Assembly: GCA_951406725.2 (NCBI GenBank)
Contig: OX597819.1
Span: forward strand, 25,068,001-25,192,000
Length of the DNA stretch: 124,000 bases
Reading direction: 5' to 3'
From: Octopus vulgaris
Lineage: Eukaryota
Shown here: positions 96,562 through 111,560 of the stretch, piece after piece
Layout: every line of letters starts with the position of its first letter
Numbering within the stretch: position 1 is the stretch's first letter
Position numbers and translations under genes: made by a program
Notes under the pieces: generated by a model
Told to the model about the DNA's origin: nothing
Databases searched by the model: none
What the model saw: the letters and a program-made list of their open reading frames with translations, nothing else

Positions 96562-97526
96562 AATAATGATAATAATAATCCTTTCTGCTATTGGCACAAG
96601 GCCTGAAATTTTGGGGGAGTGTAGGAGTTAATCGATTACATTGACCTTAGTACTCAACAGGTACTTATTTTATTGACACTGAAAGGATGGAAAGCAAAGT
96701 CGACCTCAGCTGAATTAGATCTCAGAACGTAAAAATGCCGCTAAGCTTTTTCTCTGGCATGCTAGCAATTCTTACCAGCTCACCACCTTAATAATAATAA
96801 TAATAATGGTTTCAAATTTTGGCACAAGGCCAGCAGTTTCAGGGGAGGGGTAAGTCAATCACATTGACCAGTATTCAATTGGTACTTATTTCATTGACCT
96901 TGAAAGGCTGAAAAACAAAGTCAACCTCGGTGGTATTTGAACTCAGAATGTAAAGATGAACAAAATGCTGCTAACCATTTTGTCTGATGTGCTAATGATT
97001 CTGCCATTTCACTGCCTTAATAGTAATAGTAATAGTAAATAATAATGATAAACCCTTGACTTTGCCCAACTTGTTATTCCATCACAGAAGAAGTAGCCAA
97101 ATCACTGCTCATCATCTCCTGGCTTCTAGCTTAACTCCTGTCTTTTGTGACTCACATCTTTTTGCTCTTTACTTTTATATTACAAAGGCATGCTCATTAA
97201 CTAGGCAGGGAATCCCCTCTGGCCAAACTTCATTAAGGATAACCATCCTACAACCCTGCAGGAGACTATGGTATTCTGCACCCTTTCACACAAAGGCTTG
97301 ATGGCACACTTTTTCTCATGGGACTATGTGTTCAATCAGGATTATTTTCTTTGCCTTTTCAGACCAAAAAAAACTGACAAAAATGTGTAGTATTCATTGC
97401 CATAATAAGTAAATAAATAATTATTAGCAAACGAGTAAATTATTTCTTGTGTATGAAAACATTTGTATTGCAAATAATGTAAATAATGACTTATTTTGAA
97501 TTTTTCTTCTTACTTGCCTTGTTTAG

Positions 97527-97725
97527 GTGGACACATATCATAGCTGATACAGTTTACACGCTGAAGGGAAAGTTCTCTGTTGTCTTCATTGGCACCTTAG
97601 ATGGATATGTTAAAAAGATGATCCATATTCCTCGAGTGAATCTCAGTTGTATTTTAGAAGAAATCAGAATCACTCCAAAGGGACAAAACGAACCTGTAAC
97701 CTCGATTATAAAATCTAGAGAAGAG
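97527..97725 (+). CDS. Sema5: Semaphorin-5-like exon 11
   Basis: tttag| WTHIIADTVYTLKGKFSVVFIGTLDGYVKKMIHIPRVNLSCILEEIRITPKGQNEPVTSIIKSREE |gtaag; VxFIGTxxG motif. Confidence 0.94.
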
Positions 97726-98403
97726 GTAAGTCGATATTAGATTTCATAAAGTATTGTCATCACCACCTCCATTATCATCACCACCATCACTATCATCATT
97801 GTCATTATTTCTGTTAATGCCATCGTCATCATAATGACCATCATCATCACTGTCCAGAGCATCACTGTTATCTCGTTGTTAAAGCCATTATCGTAACTGT
97901 TATTGTCATCATCATAACTGTTACCCTCCTCGTCTTCATCTTCTTCATCACCATCGTCATTTTAATACTGTTTATCTTTACTAGATTGTGCTCCACAAAA
98001 TTATTATTAAAATGTTATCCTTATCACCATCATCATCTTTCTCTTTTCTTGCTCTTCTGTGATGGCATGCTGGACGGAGCTTTTAGGGGTAGTGTTTCGT
98101 GTTGAGATGCCCCACCTGACACGAACCCTTTTAAGACAGCTCTTATGACATGCAGAGATACAGTGCATCTATTTTAAAAATCAGAATCTAATATTATTAT
98201 TATTACTAATATTGGCTATGTTGGTAGTCAGTTCATAAATCAACTTTAATTTTTAAAAAAACGTATATCCACTTGACAATATTTAATGAGGAATTTTTTT
98301 TTTGTGTGTTGTACAAAATTATAACCAATACCTACATAAACATGTATATTTATATGTATATAGATGCAGGTGTATGTATGTGCATGTGTGTGTGTGTGTA
98401 TGT

Positions 98404-98430
<27 letters not shown>

Positions 98431-98434
<4 letters not shown>

Positions 98435-98643
98435 CGATAGTGTATATTTATACACATAAGGAATCCACACTTAGGGTGAAATTCAACACATAGAACCACA
98501 AATAAAATGGTATTAAATGGTAAATATTTTTCATTTCCAAATTTTGTTCCTGTCGAATCTTATCCGTTATTTTTGTGGTTCTATGTGTTGAATTTCACCC
98601 TAAGTATGGATTCCTTATGTGTATAAATATACATTATCATATA
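98431..98643. repeat. Foldback element, intron 11
   Basis: ~75-bp near-perfect arms, ~55-nt loop. Confidence 0.8.
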
Positions 98644-98759
98644 ACTAATATACAGTCTTCTTGACTAATTTTTTTACACGTTAGACCACTGGAAATGTAA
98701 ATTTTGATTGAATATTTTAAATTTAATTAAATTCCATTTCCCTTTTGATATGATTAAAC

Positions 98760-98805
<46 letters not shown>

Positions 98806-99653
98806 CCAAAATATATAGTATCATATATCCACCATGGCTGATCTTACCAATCGGTTTTGCACAAAGAATAAAATGGAGTGTTAGATAACAATCTGATTAT
98901 ATGACCTTATGCTCATCAGAGTTACCCGATATTGAAGGGAATATGGCGACTCCTCTCTATTGTCGGAGGTGGATTAACATGACTGGTTTGCTGCTGCTAT
99001 GAAAAAGGTGATGGAACGAATAAGGGCCAGGGGATTAGGTTAGGAGTTGTGTCCCTTGGTTGGCTATGTTATGAGGTTGGTAAGAGTTATCTTGAAGTGT
99101 TTGTAGGGAAAGTGTGCTTTATTAAGTATGGTGCTCCTGTAAGGATTGGGTGTGTGATATGTGTAGTAGTGTCATATGCATAAATTTTTCTGAGGGTAAA
99201 GGTATATATAACAGCATTTGTTGTGTGCTGTTTGTCGAACTGTTTTCTTTCTGTAATGGTTAGTCGTGGGGGGGGGGGGGTTATGTTAGCATGTGGTGTG
99301 TAATGTGTATGTGGGGGTCTGTGTGAAGGGGTACAATGTATATGACGGGGTATATGTTGGGGGTGTTGGGAGACTATCTTGTGGGATGTGCATGGGTATA
99401 TTGGTGGGAGGTTAGTGGTTTGGAGTTTGGCTGCTCTTTCTAGTGAGTCGGATGTTCTATTATGGCCATCCCTTATATGTTTGAATATATATATATTTAT
99501 ATATACATATATATTCTCCTTTGAATTAATTGTTGCTGACACAGACTATCACCAGTTTCTTTGGATTTCAGATTTTACTCCTTTATATATGTGTGTGTGC
99601 ATGCATATAATTTCCTTTATTTTTATTGTTCCTTTCTTTTTTTTTCTTTCTAG

Positions 99654-99730
99654 AAAGCACTCTATGTTGTAACTAGCAGAACTTTAATAAAGATACCATT
99701 TGAGAGGTGTCATCGATTAAAAACCAAGAG
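99654..99730 (+). CDS. Sema5: Semaphorin-5-like exon 12 (end of Sema, start of PSI)
   Basis: tctag| KALYVVTSRTLIKIPFERCHRLKTK |gtaaaa; LYV...KIPxxRC motif. Confidence 0.92.
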
Positions 99731-99869
99731 GTAAAAAAAAACCCTATTTTAAAGATTTTATAACTCTATAAATGAATTCAAATTGTTGCTTTTCCATTAA
99801 AGAAAAATTAACCAAGAGTGGGTGGGGAAGAAAGGATATTTGAAAACAAGATATAATGGAGTTAACATA

Positions 99870-100505
99870 TCTGAAGATTACAACTGCAATAGTCCAACCA
99901 GTGGATCAAAGATTGACAGTTAACTTCAAGTCATATTATCTGAAAAGAACCTTCAAGTAATTTATGAAATTGACAGGTCGGATGAACCTTCTTTTAGAGC
100001 TTCTGGAAGAAGTTCAACAAATGAAAGTTGTCCATGTGAAGCCTTCATTTTTGAAACGTACTTTGAAAAATATATGGCCAGACTGTATCTGTAACCCTAT
100101 AAATTTTCCATCAGCAGAAAGTGTATGTCAAATTTGGAAAGACACTGTGATATCTAAAAATGATGTCAGGTTTAAAGAACTCATAAAGAATGAGGTGGTT
100201 GTGTTTCTAGTTTCCCATAGTGTTTATCTAATGAGGTGCCAATGCTAATAGAACAAAAGCAAGCTGAGAATACAAAGATTCCTCCAACTCCACTTAAATT
100301 GACTGCAAAGAGTATTGCTAAAGAAGGCCTGCAAGTTTTTACTAATAATGTTATATCGCAATACTACACAGTGGTTGTGTGAGTTACAAAATCCTTATCG
100401 CCAATGTTATATTGCATGTTCCGATGACCTCTACTCAACTCCCTGACATCTAGACTTCTCCTTCTATATCTATGTATTGGGCTAACCTACTTCATCGTCT
100501 GGGGG
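99870..100505 (+). pseudogene. Decayed pogo/Tigger-like DDE transposase
   Basis: TTAIVQPVDQ..VNFKSYYLKRTF, frameshifted EFWKKFN, VKPSFL..LKNIWPDC; 3' part repeated at ~77225-77375. Confidence 0.6.
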
Positions 100506-101107
100506 CGTCGACACAACAAATAATGGCACTAATCATGACTATAATATTAAAAAAAAAATTGCATTGAAGAGCTTACAATGATCTGTTTCTAGACTAAGTT
100601 GTACGAAGAGATAACACTCTATGAAAATCAATCTCAAGCTTATGTTGATGATGATGAACTATAAGACAGGAGATAGTGTTCCTCATCCAGCAAGAAACCT
100701 TTATCCTCCACCACTCTTCACATATAGTCAATATCTTTTGTAATAAGAATAAGTCTTATGATATTATGTATTGCTTTTCAAATATTCTTATGCATACATA
100801 TTGTACTATTTCATTTTTGAATTTGGTTTGCAAGATTCTTTATGTGAATTTGTTTGTTGGGGCATATTTTATTGTGTCTGAGGAGTGTCATTTTGTTTTA
100901 ATGCCTTATTAATTAACACACTCACTGGTTTGATTTCTACTCACTTACTTATTGTTATTGTTTATTAGTAAGGCATTAAAACAGAACGACTCTCCCCGGA
101001 CACAATAAAATACTGTACTATATATGTTTTAGAAATTGTTACCTATATGAATAAAAGTGGTTGTTTTTTGAAAAGTCCATTGGAATGCATTCTCATTTTA
101101 CAATAAT

Positions 101108-101500
101108 GTGGCTGTGTGGTTAGTAGCTTGCTAACCAACCACATGGTTCCGGGTTCAATCCCACTGCGTGGCATCTTGGGCAAGTGTCTTCTGCTATAGC
101201 CCCGGGCCGACCAATGCCTTGTCAGTGGATTTGGTAGACGGAAACTGAAAGAAGCCTGTCGTATATATGTATATATATATATGTGTGTGTGTTTGTGTGT
101301 CTGTGTTTGTCCCCCTAGCATTACTTGACAACCGATGCTGGTGTGTTTACGTCCCCGTCACTTAGCGGTTCGGCAAAAGAGACCGATAGAATAAGTACTG
101401 GGCTTACAAAAAATAAGTCCCGCGGTCGATTTGCTCGACTAAAGGTGGTGCTCCAGCATGGCCGCAGTCAAATGACTGAAACAAGTAAAGAGTAAAGAGT
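101108..101500 (+). mobile_element. SINE family A
   Basis: Family match. Confidence 0.85.
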
Positions 101501-102103
101501 CATGTAAGTACCATTTAACGAGGATAATTTTTATAGCTAGCTTCTTACAGTGATACTACCTGCCTTGAATGAATGAGTCAGCTTTTGAGTTTCAGACACA
101601 TCTGAGCACTACTTTGTGACCATCTAGACTATGCTTGCTTTAGTGTTCTTGAGCACACTCTATGTGTGTGTGTGTGTATATATGTCTGTGGGTGTGGATC
101701 TGTTTCTGTGTACAGACACACATAATTGCAAGTTTAAAGCTGTTTTATGATCATTGTGCTGCCAGGAGGCAGAGTATATTGATCTACTCATCTCAGTCAA
101801 TCATGTTGAAAATAGATGTCATTCTTATTTCATGGTTGAATGAATAACTTATTAAGTAAGACTTCTTGCTGTGGAAAAAAAGAAATGAAGAAATTGGAAA
101901 AACAAACATTCAGTTCTGATATAATGAATTTGGGGGAAAAATTTTTTCAATTTGTGAAATGGATAAAAACCAATAAAATGAAGTGACAAAAGGAATTCTG
102001 AGAAAGATATATGACAAATTTTTACAGTATTCTAATGAATTCTTTAATGATCTTCAGATGTGAATAGTGATGGGGAAGGGGGAGAAAAAGAGAGAGAGAG
102101 ATA

Positions 102104-102501
102104 TCTTTATATATAAAAGTGAAGTTGTGTGTCTGTCTCCTACGATTTAGATTCTTAACTACTCCCACATTTTGCGGTGCAGTTTAACCAAAACCGGGTA
102201 TCTTATAGTCGTGATTCATATCGAGCCCTTCTGGGTATTAGCGCGTGTCTGCGATGTGTCTACGATTTAAAAAAAAAATTTACCATCATTTTTTTTCCAT
102301 TTTAATGCATTTTTTGCTATTATATAAGGGAAGTAACTCTCTAAAAATGTCTACGATGAGTCAGCGATTTAAAAAAAAATTTACTATAATTTTTTTTCCA
102401 TTTTTAATGCATTTTTTGCTATTTTTTGGCTATAACTCTCTAAAAATGCTTATATAGTTATTTCCCTTACAAACCCGAGCAACGCCGGGCGATACTGCTA
102501 G
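102104..102501 (+). mobile_element. Non-autonomous Helitron, type 1
   Basis: A|TC...CCCGAGCAACGCCGGG...CTAG|T. Confidence 0.87.
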
Positions 102502-102576
102502 TGTCTTTATAACTTATCTAATACTTTTCAGTTGCAACTTTGCTAAGGTTCTTTGTTTTGGTTTCCAATTCTACAG

Positions 102577-102713
102577 TATGTGTCTTCAGGCCCGGGATCC
102601 CTATTGTGCATGGAATAAAATAAACAAGACTTGTGCAACACCACCGGTCAACCAGTTAGAGACTCTCTTTTGGCTTCAGGATATCACATCATGTCCTGTT
102701 CTGGAGACACCAG
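102577..102713 (+). CDS. Sema5: Semaphorin-5-like exon 13 (PSI domain)
   Basis: ctacag| SMCLQARDPYCAWNKINKTCATPPVNQLETLFWLQDITSCPVLETP |gtaaac; CLxARDPYCAW motif. Confidence 0.96.
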
Positions 102714-103033
102714 GTAAACTGCATTTTGACTTATATTCCGAAATGAAATAAATATCTACATGTATATATATATACTTTGATCTAACCTAATGTTTCTACT
102801 GGCATTTATTTACACTATTTTTAAGTGCAAGCATAATATAGTTGCAGGTATGGTTGTATGGTTAAGAAGTTCACTTCTCAACTGTGTGGCTTCAGTTTCA
102901 GTTTTACAGCATGGTATTTTGGGCAAGTGTCTTCTAATATATAGCCCTTAGCTGACCAATGTCTTGTGAAAGAGTATGGTAGGCAGAAATGAAAATGGCC
103001 TATTGCACACACACACACACACACATATACACA

Positions 103034-103105
<72 letters not shown>

Positions 103106-103509
103106 ATATATATGTTCTTTTTGAAAATCTGATGAAGCACTAGCATAATACACAAACACTCAACTGTAAGTGCATTGCATCTTATATAGCAGAAACTACT
103201 GTGAGCTAATGGAGTTCACTATATAATTTTTTGTTCCTTTGTTATTTATTTAATTCTTTATTATATTCTGTACTTGATTAACACTGTTTATGTATATATA
103301 TGAGTGAGTTGACATACAAAAGAAAGTGGTATTCAACATGTTTGGCAGGAGTTACATTAATAACTTAAACAGTTTGATTTTGCTCCATGCAGCTTGAAGT
103401 TTCGTAAGCTTGCAGATCAAATGTACTAATCTTTATTTTGCATGGAGTTAAGTACAACTGTTATTAAATAATATATATATACACACACACACATATGGGT
103501 GTGTGTGTA

Positions 103510-103646
103510 TACTAGGTTGAGGAAAAAGTTTGTGTGTTGTGAGTCACCATTGAACATGAAATGAACTGGATGAATACACACACCACAAAAATATATAATA
103601 AAGCATTATTTTAACACAGTGCACAAACTTTTTCCTCGACCTAATA
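103510..103646. mobile_element. Tc1/mariner-type MITE
   Basis: TA|CTAGGTTGAGGAAAAAGTTTGTG ... CACAAACTTTTTCCTCGACCTAA|TA. Confidence 0.65.
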
Positions 103647-103648
103647 TA

Positions 103649-103690
<42 letters not shown>

Positions 103691-104072
103691 CTGTATATTA
103701 ACATATATCTTGTAGCAGTTGTTGACAAGTTAACTATCGATAGACTGGAGAAGATTTATTATTAGTTGTCAAATGAGATATATATATTAAAAAGTTAATA
103801 AAAACAAAAGGTGCATTAAAAAGTTACACCTTCATATATGCAAAAAAAAAAAAAAAAGACAAACTAATACAGATGTACATAATTTAATTCCATAACAGCT
103901 TTTGTTAATCATGCTTGATATTTCAAATGGTATTCTTTTATGAGAAGAATGTGCTAAAATTGAAGGCTTTTATGAATTCTAAACATTCTTTGTGTTTCAA
104001 TAACATTATTATTGCATGTAAATAATTAGAGAATCTGGAAGTTGTTGCTAGATTTGAATAACTTATATATTA

Positions 104073-104308
104073 TGTGGGTGTCGAGCTGGCAGAAACGGTA
104101 GCACGCCGGGCAAAATGCGAAGCCGTATTTCATCTGCCGTTACGTTCTGAGTTCAAATTCCGCCGAGGTTGACTTTGCCTTTCATCCTTTCAGGGTCGAT
104201 AAATTAAGTACCAGTTATGCACTGGGGGCGATGGAATCAACTTAATCGCTTTGTCTCTCCTTGTTTGTCCCCTCTATGTTTGGCCCCTTGTGGGTAGTAA
104301 AGAAATAT
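104073..104308 (+). mobile_element. SINE family B
   Basis: Family match. Confidence 0.8.
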
Positions 104309-105762
104309 ATATATTATGTGGGTGTAGGCATGGCTGTGTGATTAAGAAATTTCCTTCACAATATGGTTTCCGGTTCTGTACTTACATGTGATATCTTGGT
104401 CAAGTCCCTTCTCCTATTGCTGTGACTCTCCCAGTATCTTGTGATGAATTTACTTGACAGAAACTATATTAAGATCATTGTGTGAGTGCACACGTTTGTG
104501 TGTGTGCATACACACGTGTGTATGACAGCACTTATATATTGACATCTAACTTGTCACTATGTGAAATGAAGTGGTGCTGATGTTGATATTCCTAGTTTGT
104601 GTTATGGCTGGTTGTTCTGTGCTTTTGAAGACCTGTGGATTATAAGAATGCCTTACCTCAAAAACAGGTGAAGGTTGGTGATAGGAAGAACTTCCAATTG
104701 TAAAAATCCGACCTAAAATAACTTCATATAACTTAAGAAAGTATGGTAAAGAAGATGTTGAGAAAAAAAATGTAGTTTTTGTATTTAGTTTGCTAGATTT
104801 TTGATGTAGGAAAATCTGATATTATTTTTGCACCAAACATACACTTGATAACACAGCCATGCCTGCACCTCTCATCATCTAACGTCCGCTTTCCATGCTA
104901 GCATGGGTTGGACGATTTGACTGAGTACTGGCGAACCAGATGGCTGCACCAGGCTCCAGTCTGATCTGGCAGTGTTTCTACAACTTCCTAACGCTAACCA
105001 CTCTGAGAGTGTAGTGGGTGCTTTTATATGTCACTGGCACGAGGGCCAGTCAGGTGGTACTGGCAATGGTCATGCTCAAATGGTGTTTTTTACATACCAC
105101 CTGCACAGGAGCCAGTCCAGGGGCACTGGCAACAACCTCGCTCGAATGTTTTTTCATGTGCCACTGGCACAAGTGCCAGTAAGGCGACGCTGGTAATGAT
105201 CACGCTGAAATGATACTTTTTATGTGTCACTGGAATGGAAGCCAGTTGGCTGCTCTGGCAATGATCCTGCTTGGATGGTGCTCTTAACGCTCCACTAGCA
105301 TGGATGCCAGTCATCGAATTTGATTTCAATTTACCTCTGTGTGTGTGTGTGTGTGTATAAATCAAAGTATACAGTATTATGGATCAATTACAGCTGGTCT
105401 TACCAACCAGTTTCATGCTGGATATTAGGTAAATGGATGATTACCTAATAAAATACACTCATCATAGATGGCAGGTCTGGAATAAAAAGTGATGGCTGTT
105501 CTCTATTACTACAGTTGAGGAAGTGTTACATCCAGTTTACAGAGAGCAGTCACCATTCTTTTCACTTCTGTCATCTTTGATGATAGTACTATATTATATA
105601 ATCATCCAAATAACTAATATCCAGTATGAAACTCAACTGTGATTGAGATACTGTGAACTTTGATTTGTATACTCACCCTCTACTGACTAATATATGAATT
105701 CCTATTTTCTTTGATTTATGGATTCTTAGTCAGCTCACACACACATATATATATATATATCT

Positions 105763-105995
105763 GTTTCTTTATTACCCGCAAGGGGCTAAACATAGAGGGG
105801 ACAAGCAAGGACAGACAAACGGATTAAGTCGATTACATCGACCCCAGTGCGTAGCTGGTACTTAATTTATCGACCCCGAAAGGATGAAAGGCAAAGTCGA
105901 CCTCGGCGGAATTTGAACTCAGAACATAACGGCAGCTGAAATACGGCTACACATTTCGCCCGGCATGCTAACGGTTCAGCCAGCTTGCCACCTTT
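105763..105995 (-). mobile_element. SINE family B
   Basis: Reverse-complement family match; further copies at ~107146-107378(-) and ~110880-111112(-). Confidence 0.8.
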
Positions 105996-106474
105996 ATATA
106001 TATATATATATATATATATATCATCATCATCATCATCGTTTAGCATCCGCTTTCCATGCTGGCATGGGTTGGACGGTTCAACTGGGGTCTGGGAAGCCAG
106101 AAGGCTGCACCAGGCCCAGTCTGATCTGGCAATGTTTCTATGGCTGGATGCCCTTCCTAACGCCAACCACTCCATGAGTGTAGTGGGTGCTTTTTACGTA
106201 CCAGACGAGGCTGGCAAACGGCCAGGATAGGATGGTGCTTTTTATGTGCCACCAGCACGGAGGCCAGGCGAGGCTGGCAATGGCACCTCAAGCTGAATCT
106301 TATTATTCTGAGTTGCACAATTAGCATTCTGTTGCCAAGCATTAAACTTGAAAGTGGTTGCAGTAGTGTCTTGGCTTCCATTAAATATATAAATAAGCTG
106401 TACATCATGTATTTTGTACTTTTTATCATGCCTCTTTCTTTTAAACATATCTTCTTTCTTTTTCTCTTTTGCAG

Positions 106475-106642
106475 TTGATGGACAGTGGTCACCTTGGTCA
106501 CAGTGGTTGCAATGTCGAATTGTAGGACCTGATCGTCTCGGTGATGACTGCTGGTGTCGCACTCGTACTTGTGACAACCCAGCTCCTCGACTGGGTGGCA
106601 GAGATTGTGTTGGTGACACAGTTGAAGTGTCCAACTGTACCA
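106475..106642 (+). CDS. Sema5: Semaphorin-5-like exon 14 (TSP1 repeat 1)
   Basis: gcag| VDGQWSPWSQWLQCRIVGPDRLGDDCWCRTRTCDNPAPRLGGRDCVGDTVEVSNCT |gtaagt; atypical CxCRTRxC first repeat characteristic of Sema5; WxxWxxW motif. Confidence 0.96.
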
Positions 106643-106878
106643 GTAAGTAAAAAAAAAAACCCAAAAAAAATCCTCACCTGTTCATGAGTAAATGCACACT
106701 GACACACGCATACAGACATCCAAATATATATATTCATACATTTTGCACACACACACACGTGTGTGTGTATGTGTGTGGTAAGTGGAGACATATGAACCTC
106801 ACAAGAAACATTTTAATTCATCTAATTAACCCATTTATTCGTCGAAAGTGATCTACAACTAATTATAAATTAATTGAA

Positions 106879-106909
<31 letters not shown>

Positions 106910-107110
106910 ACGCGCGTGTGTGTGTATTTGTGAAATGATAAAACCAAATACTATTATTTCCTCTGCTTACTTTCACACTTTGGTAAAGGCATTTTCATGC
107001 TGAAATATCAGAATGTTTTTTTTTTGTTTTTGAAGTGAAGGGTATGTATGCTCTTTGTCTTTATTATTTTTCATTTAACATTTCTACAAATTTTTTTTAC
107101 AATGTCTCTG

Positions 107111-107149
<39 letters not shown>

Positions 107150-107382
107150 CTTTATTGCACATAAAGGGGCTAAACATAGAGGGGGGGACAAACAAGGACA
107201 GACAAAGGGATTAAGTCGATTACATCAAACTCAGTGCGAAACTGGTACTTTATTTATCGACCCCGAAAGGATGAAAAGTAAAGTCGACCTTGGCGGAATT
107301 TGAACTCAGAACGTAATGACAGACGAAATACCGCTAAGCATTTCACCCGACGCACTAACGTGTCTGCCAGCTCGCCGCATTC

Positions 107383-107428
<46 letters not shown>

Positions 107429-107879
107429 CTATGTATGTATGCATGTAGGTATGTATGTAGGTATGTATGTATTTGTGTATGTATATATGTCTATATATAT
107501 ATACATGCATATATGTATATGTATGTATATACATATATATACACACACACTCATCCCCCCCCCACACACACATATATATATGTTGTATATGATGATTTAT
107601 GTGTGTATCAAATTGGCAGAGTCATTAGCACATATGACAGAGTGCCTTTCTGTATTTCTGCTTGTTTGTTGTACTCTAAGGCAACTCTGCTTTTCATCCT
107701 TTTGAGTGTGGGCTCAAGGGGTCAATTCATCTTCTCTTCCTCTGTCTTCCTCTTTGGAAGATCTCTGTTATAGTCAGACAGAGAGAAGGATTGTCTCATC
107801 CAGGTTTTAAAAGTGCTCAAGACATATGTCTCAACACAGCCCCTCCAACTCATTCTGGAGTTATGAGCTCGAAAGAAAG

Positions 107880-107969
<90 letters not shown>

Positions 107970-107986
107970 CATATATGCATACAAGC

Positions 107987-108019
<33 letters not shown>

Positions 108020-108589
108020 TGCATACAAGCATACATATTTATATATATATATATATCATACATACATACATCAGTACTAAAGAGAAAAAGTTTGTGTGTG
108101 TGTTTGTATATGCAGACACACAGAAGCATGTACACACTGTGTGGGTGTGTAAATATATATATATATATGCAATTATATATGTATATACCAACAAACACAC
108201 ACATATATTCATGCATTTGCAGTGTCACGTGTGCACTTACATGTATGGATAAATACATACCACATAACCATATGCATAACTACGCTTAGTTATACATTCA
108301 CAAATACACACGGTCCACCATACATACACCCATAGACACATGTGGGTGTGTAAACACACTCTTACAATGAGATATGGCTTTCTATACACAAAGAGATATT
108401 TTACAATCATGAATGGTTTTACATTTGAAATTCCAGCCGTCTGCAGACAGCTGGAGGAATGTTTGACAAATTTGAAACAATAAACAGTTCCCATATACAG
108501 AGTGACTCTTGCTCAAACATGGATACTACAATTACCCATTCACTTACTGTCACATTTATGTATGCATATTTGTAAGTCTAAGGCACATA

Positions 108590-110316
<1,727 letters not shown>

Positions 110317-111279
110317 GAGTCAAGTAAAGTTCAACAATCAAATGTAAATTGTAGGTGTGGCTGATTCCAGTGCCGCATGACTGGCTCTCATACTCATGGC
110401 ATGCAATAAGAACCATTCATGCTTGGGTCATTGCCAGTTCCACCTGAGTAGCTCCCCGTGCTGGGCATCCAGCTATAGAAACATTGCCAAAGATGATGTA
110501 CACTCATAAACACCCACTCATACATGACAATACATAGATATTCACAAGGGCACATACACACACACACACTCACTCGTGTTAAAACATACATTCACATGCA
110601 CAATGATACACACTGCTACACGTTTGCATACACTTGCAGAGGCAGAGGGACATGTATTCATAAGCACACATAGTATACAGACATACAAACATAAACACAG
110701 AAATAGACTCACACATACATAAGAAGACATACATAACACACATAATGTAAGGAATACCACAATCAGTGCTGGAGAAACTTCTACATATGTATATATACAT
110801 ACACTTACAACCCCATTCATACTCTTATATACCCAAACACACACACACACACACACATAACACACATGCATACATATACCTATTTCTTTACTACCCACAA
110901 GGGGCTAAACACAGAGAGGACAAACAAGGACAGACAAACGGATTAAGTCGATTACATCGACCCCAGTTCGTAACTGGTACTTAATTTATCGACCCCGAAA
111001 GGATGAAAGGCAAAGTCGACCTCGGCAGAATTTGAACTCAGAACGTAATGGCAGACAAAATACGGCTACGCATTTCGCCCGGTGTGCTAACGTTTCTGCC
111101 AGCTCACTGCCTTGTATGCATACGTATACCACTTGCACATTCATACTTGCACATTGCATCTCACAAATTCACACATCATCAATAACATTGTTATTACCAT
111201 TACCAGCAGTACACGAACAATAATAACATTGCTAATTTCATTTACCTTATTATTCTCATTTGTGAACACATACAACTGC

Positions 111280-111560
111280 AGGTGTCCCAGCCACCTCCTC
111301 ATTCCCCCGTTGCCTGTCCTGGTGGTGCTGCAAACATGTATGACTGTGTGACGAAGTCAACAGGGCCTCAGATTATAGAAACACAGCAACGTATGTTTAG
111401 TCTGAAAGATTTACTTGTGATTTGTTGACGCCAGCATTTCAAGCATCACATAACTACGCGGTCTGTCTAAGGTACCTTTTTGACAAATCTTGCCTCTAGC
111501 AACCACATCTCATCCATTGTCAAGCATAGTTTGCAAAGAATTAGCTGATAAATTTCTTTG
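111280..111560 (-). pseudogene. Decayed RTE-like LINE C-terminal fragment
   Basis: EMWLL...KVP*TDRV resembles EMWxxRRMLKIPWTDRV. Confidence 0.4.

Noticed and set aside
111282-111390. GC-rich patch with cag| and |gtatgt that looks like an exon in intron 14
   Set aside because: 109 nt; the required phase-1 frame hits TGA, exons 14 and 15 already join in frame, and the minus strand resembles a decayed RTE LINE. A poison exon cannot be fully excluded without RNA data.
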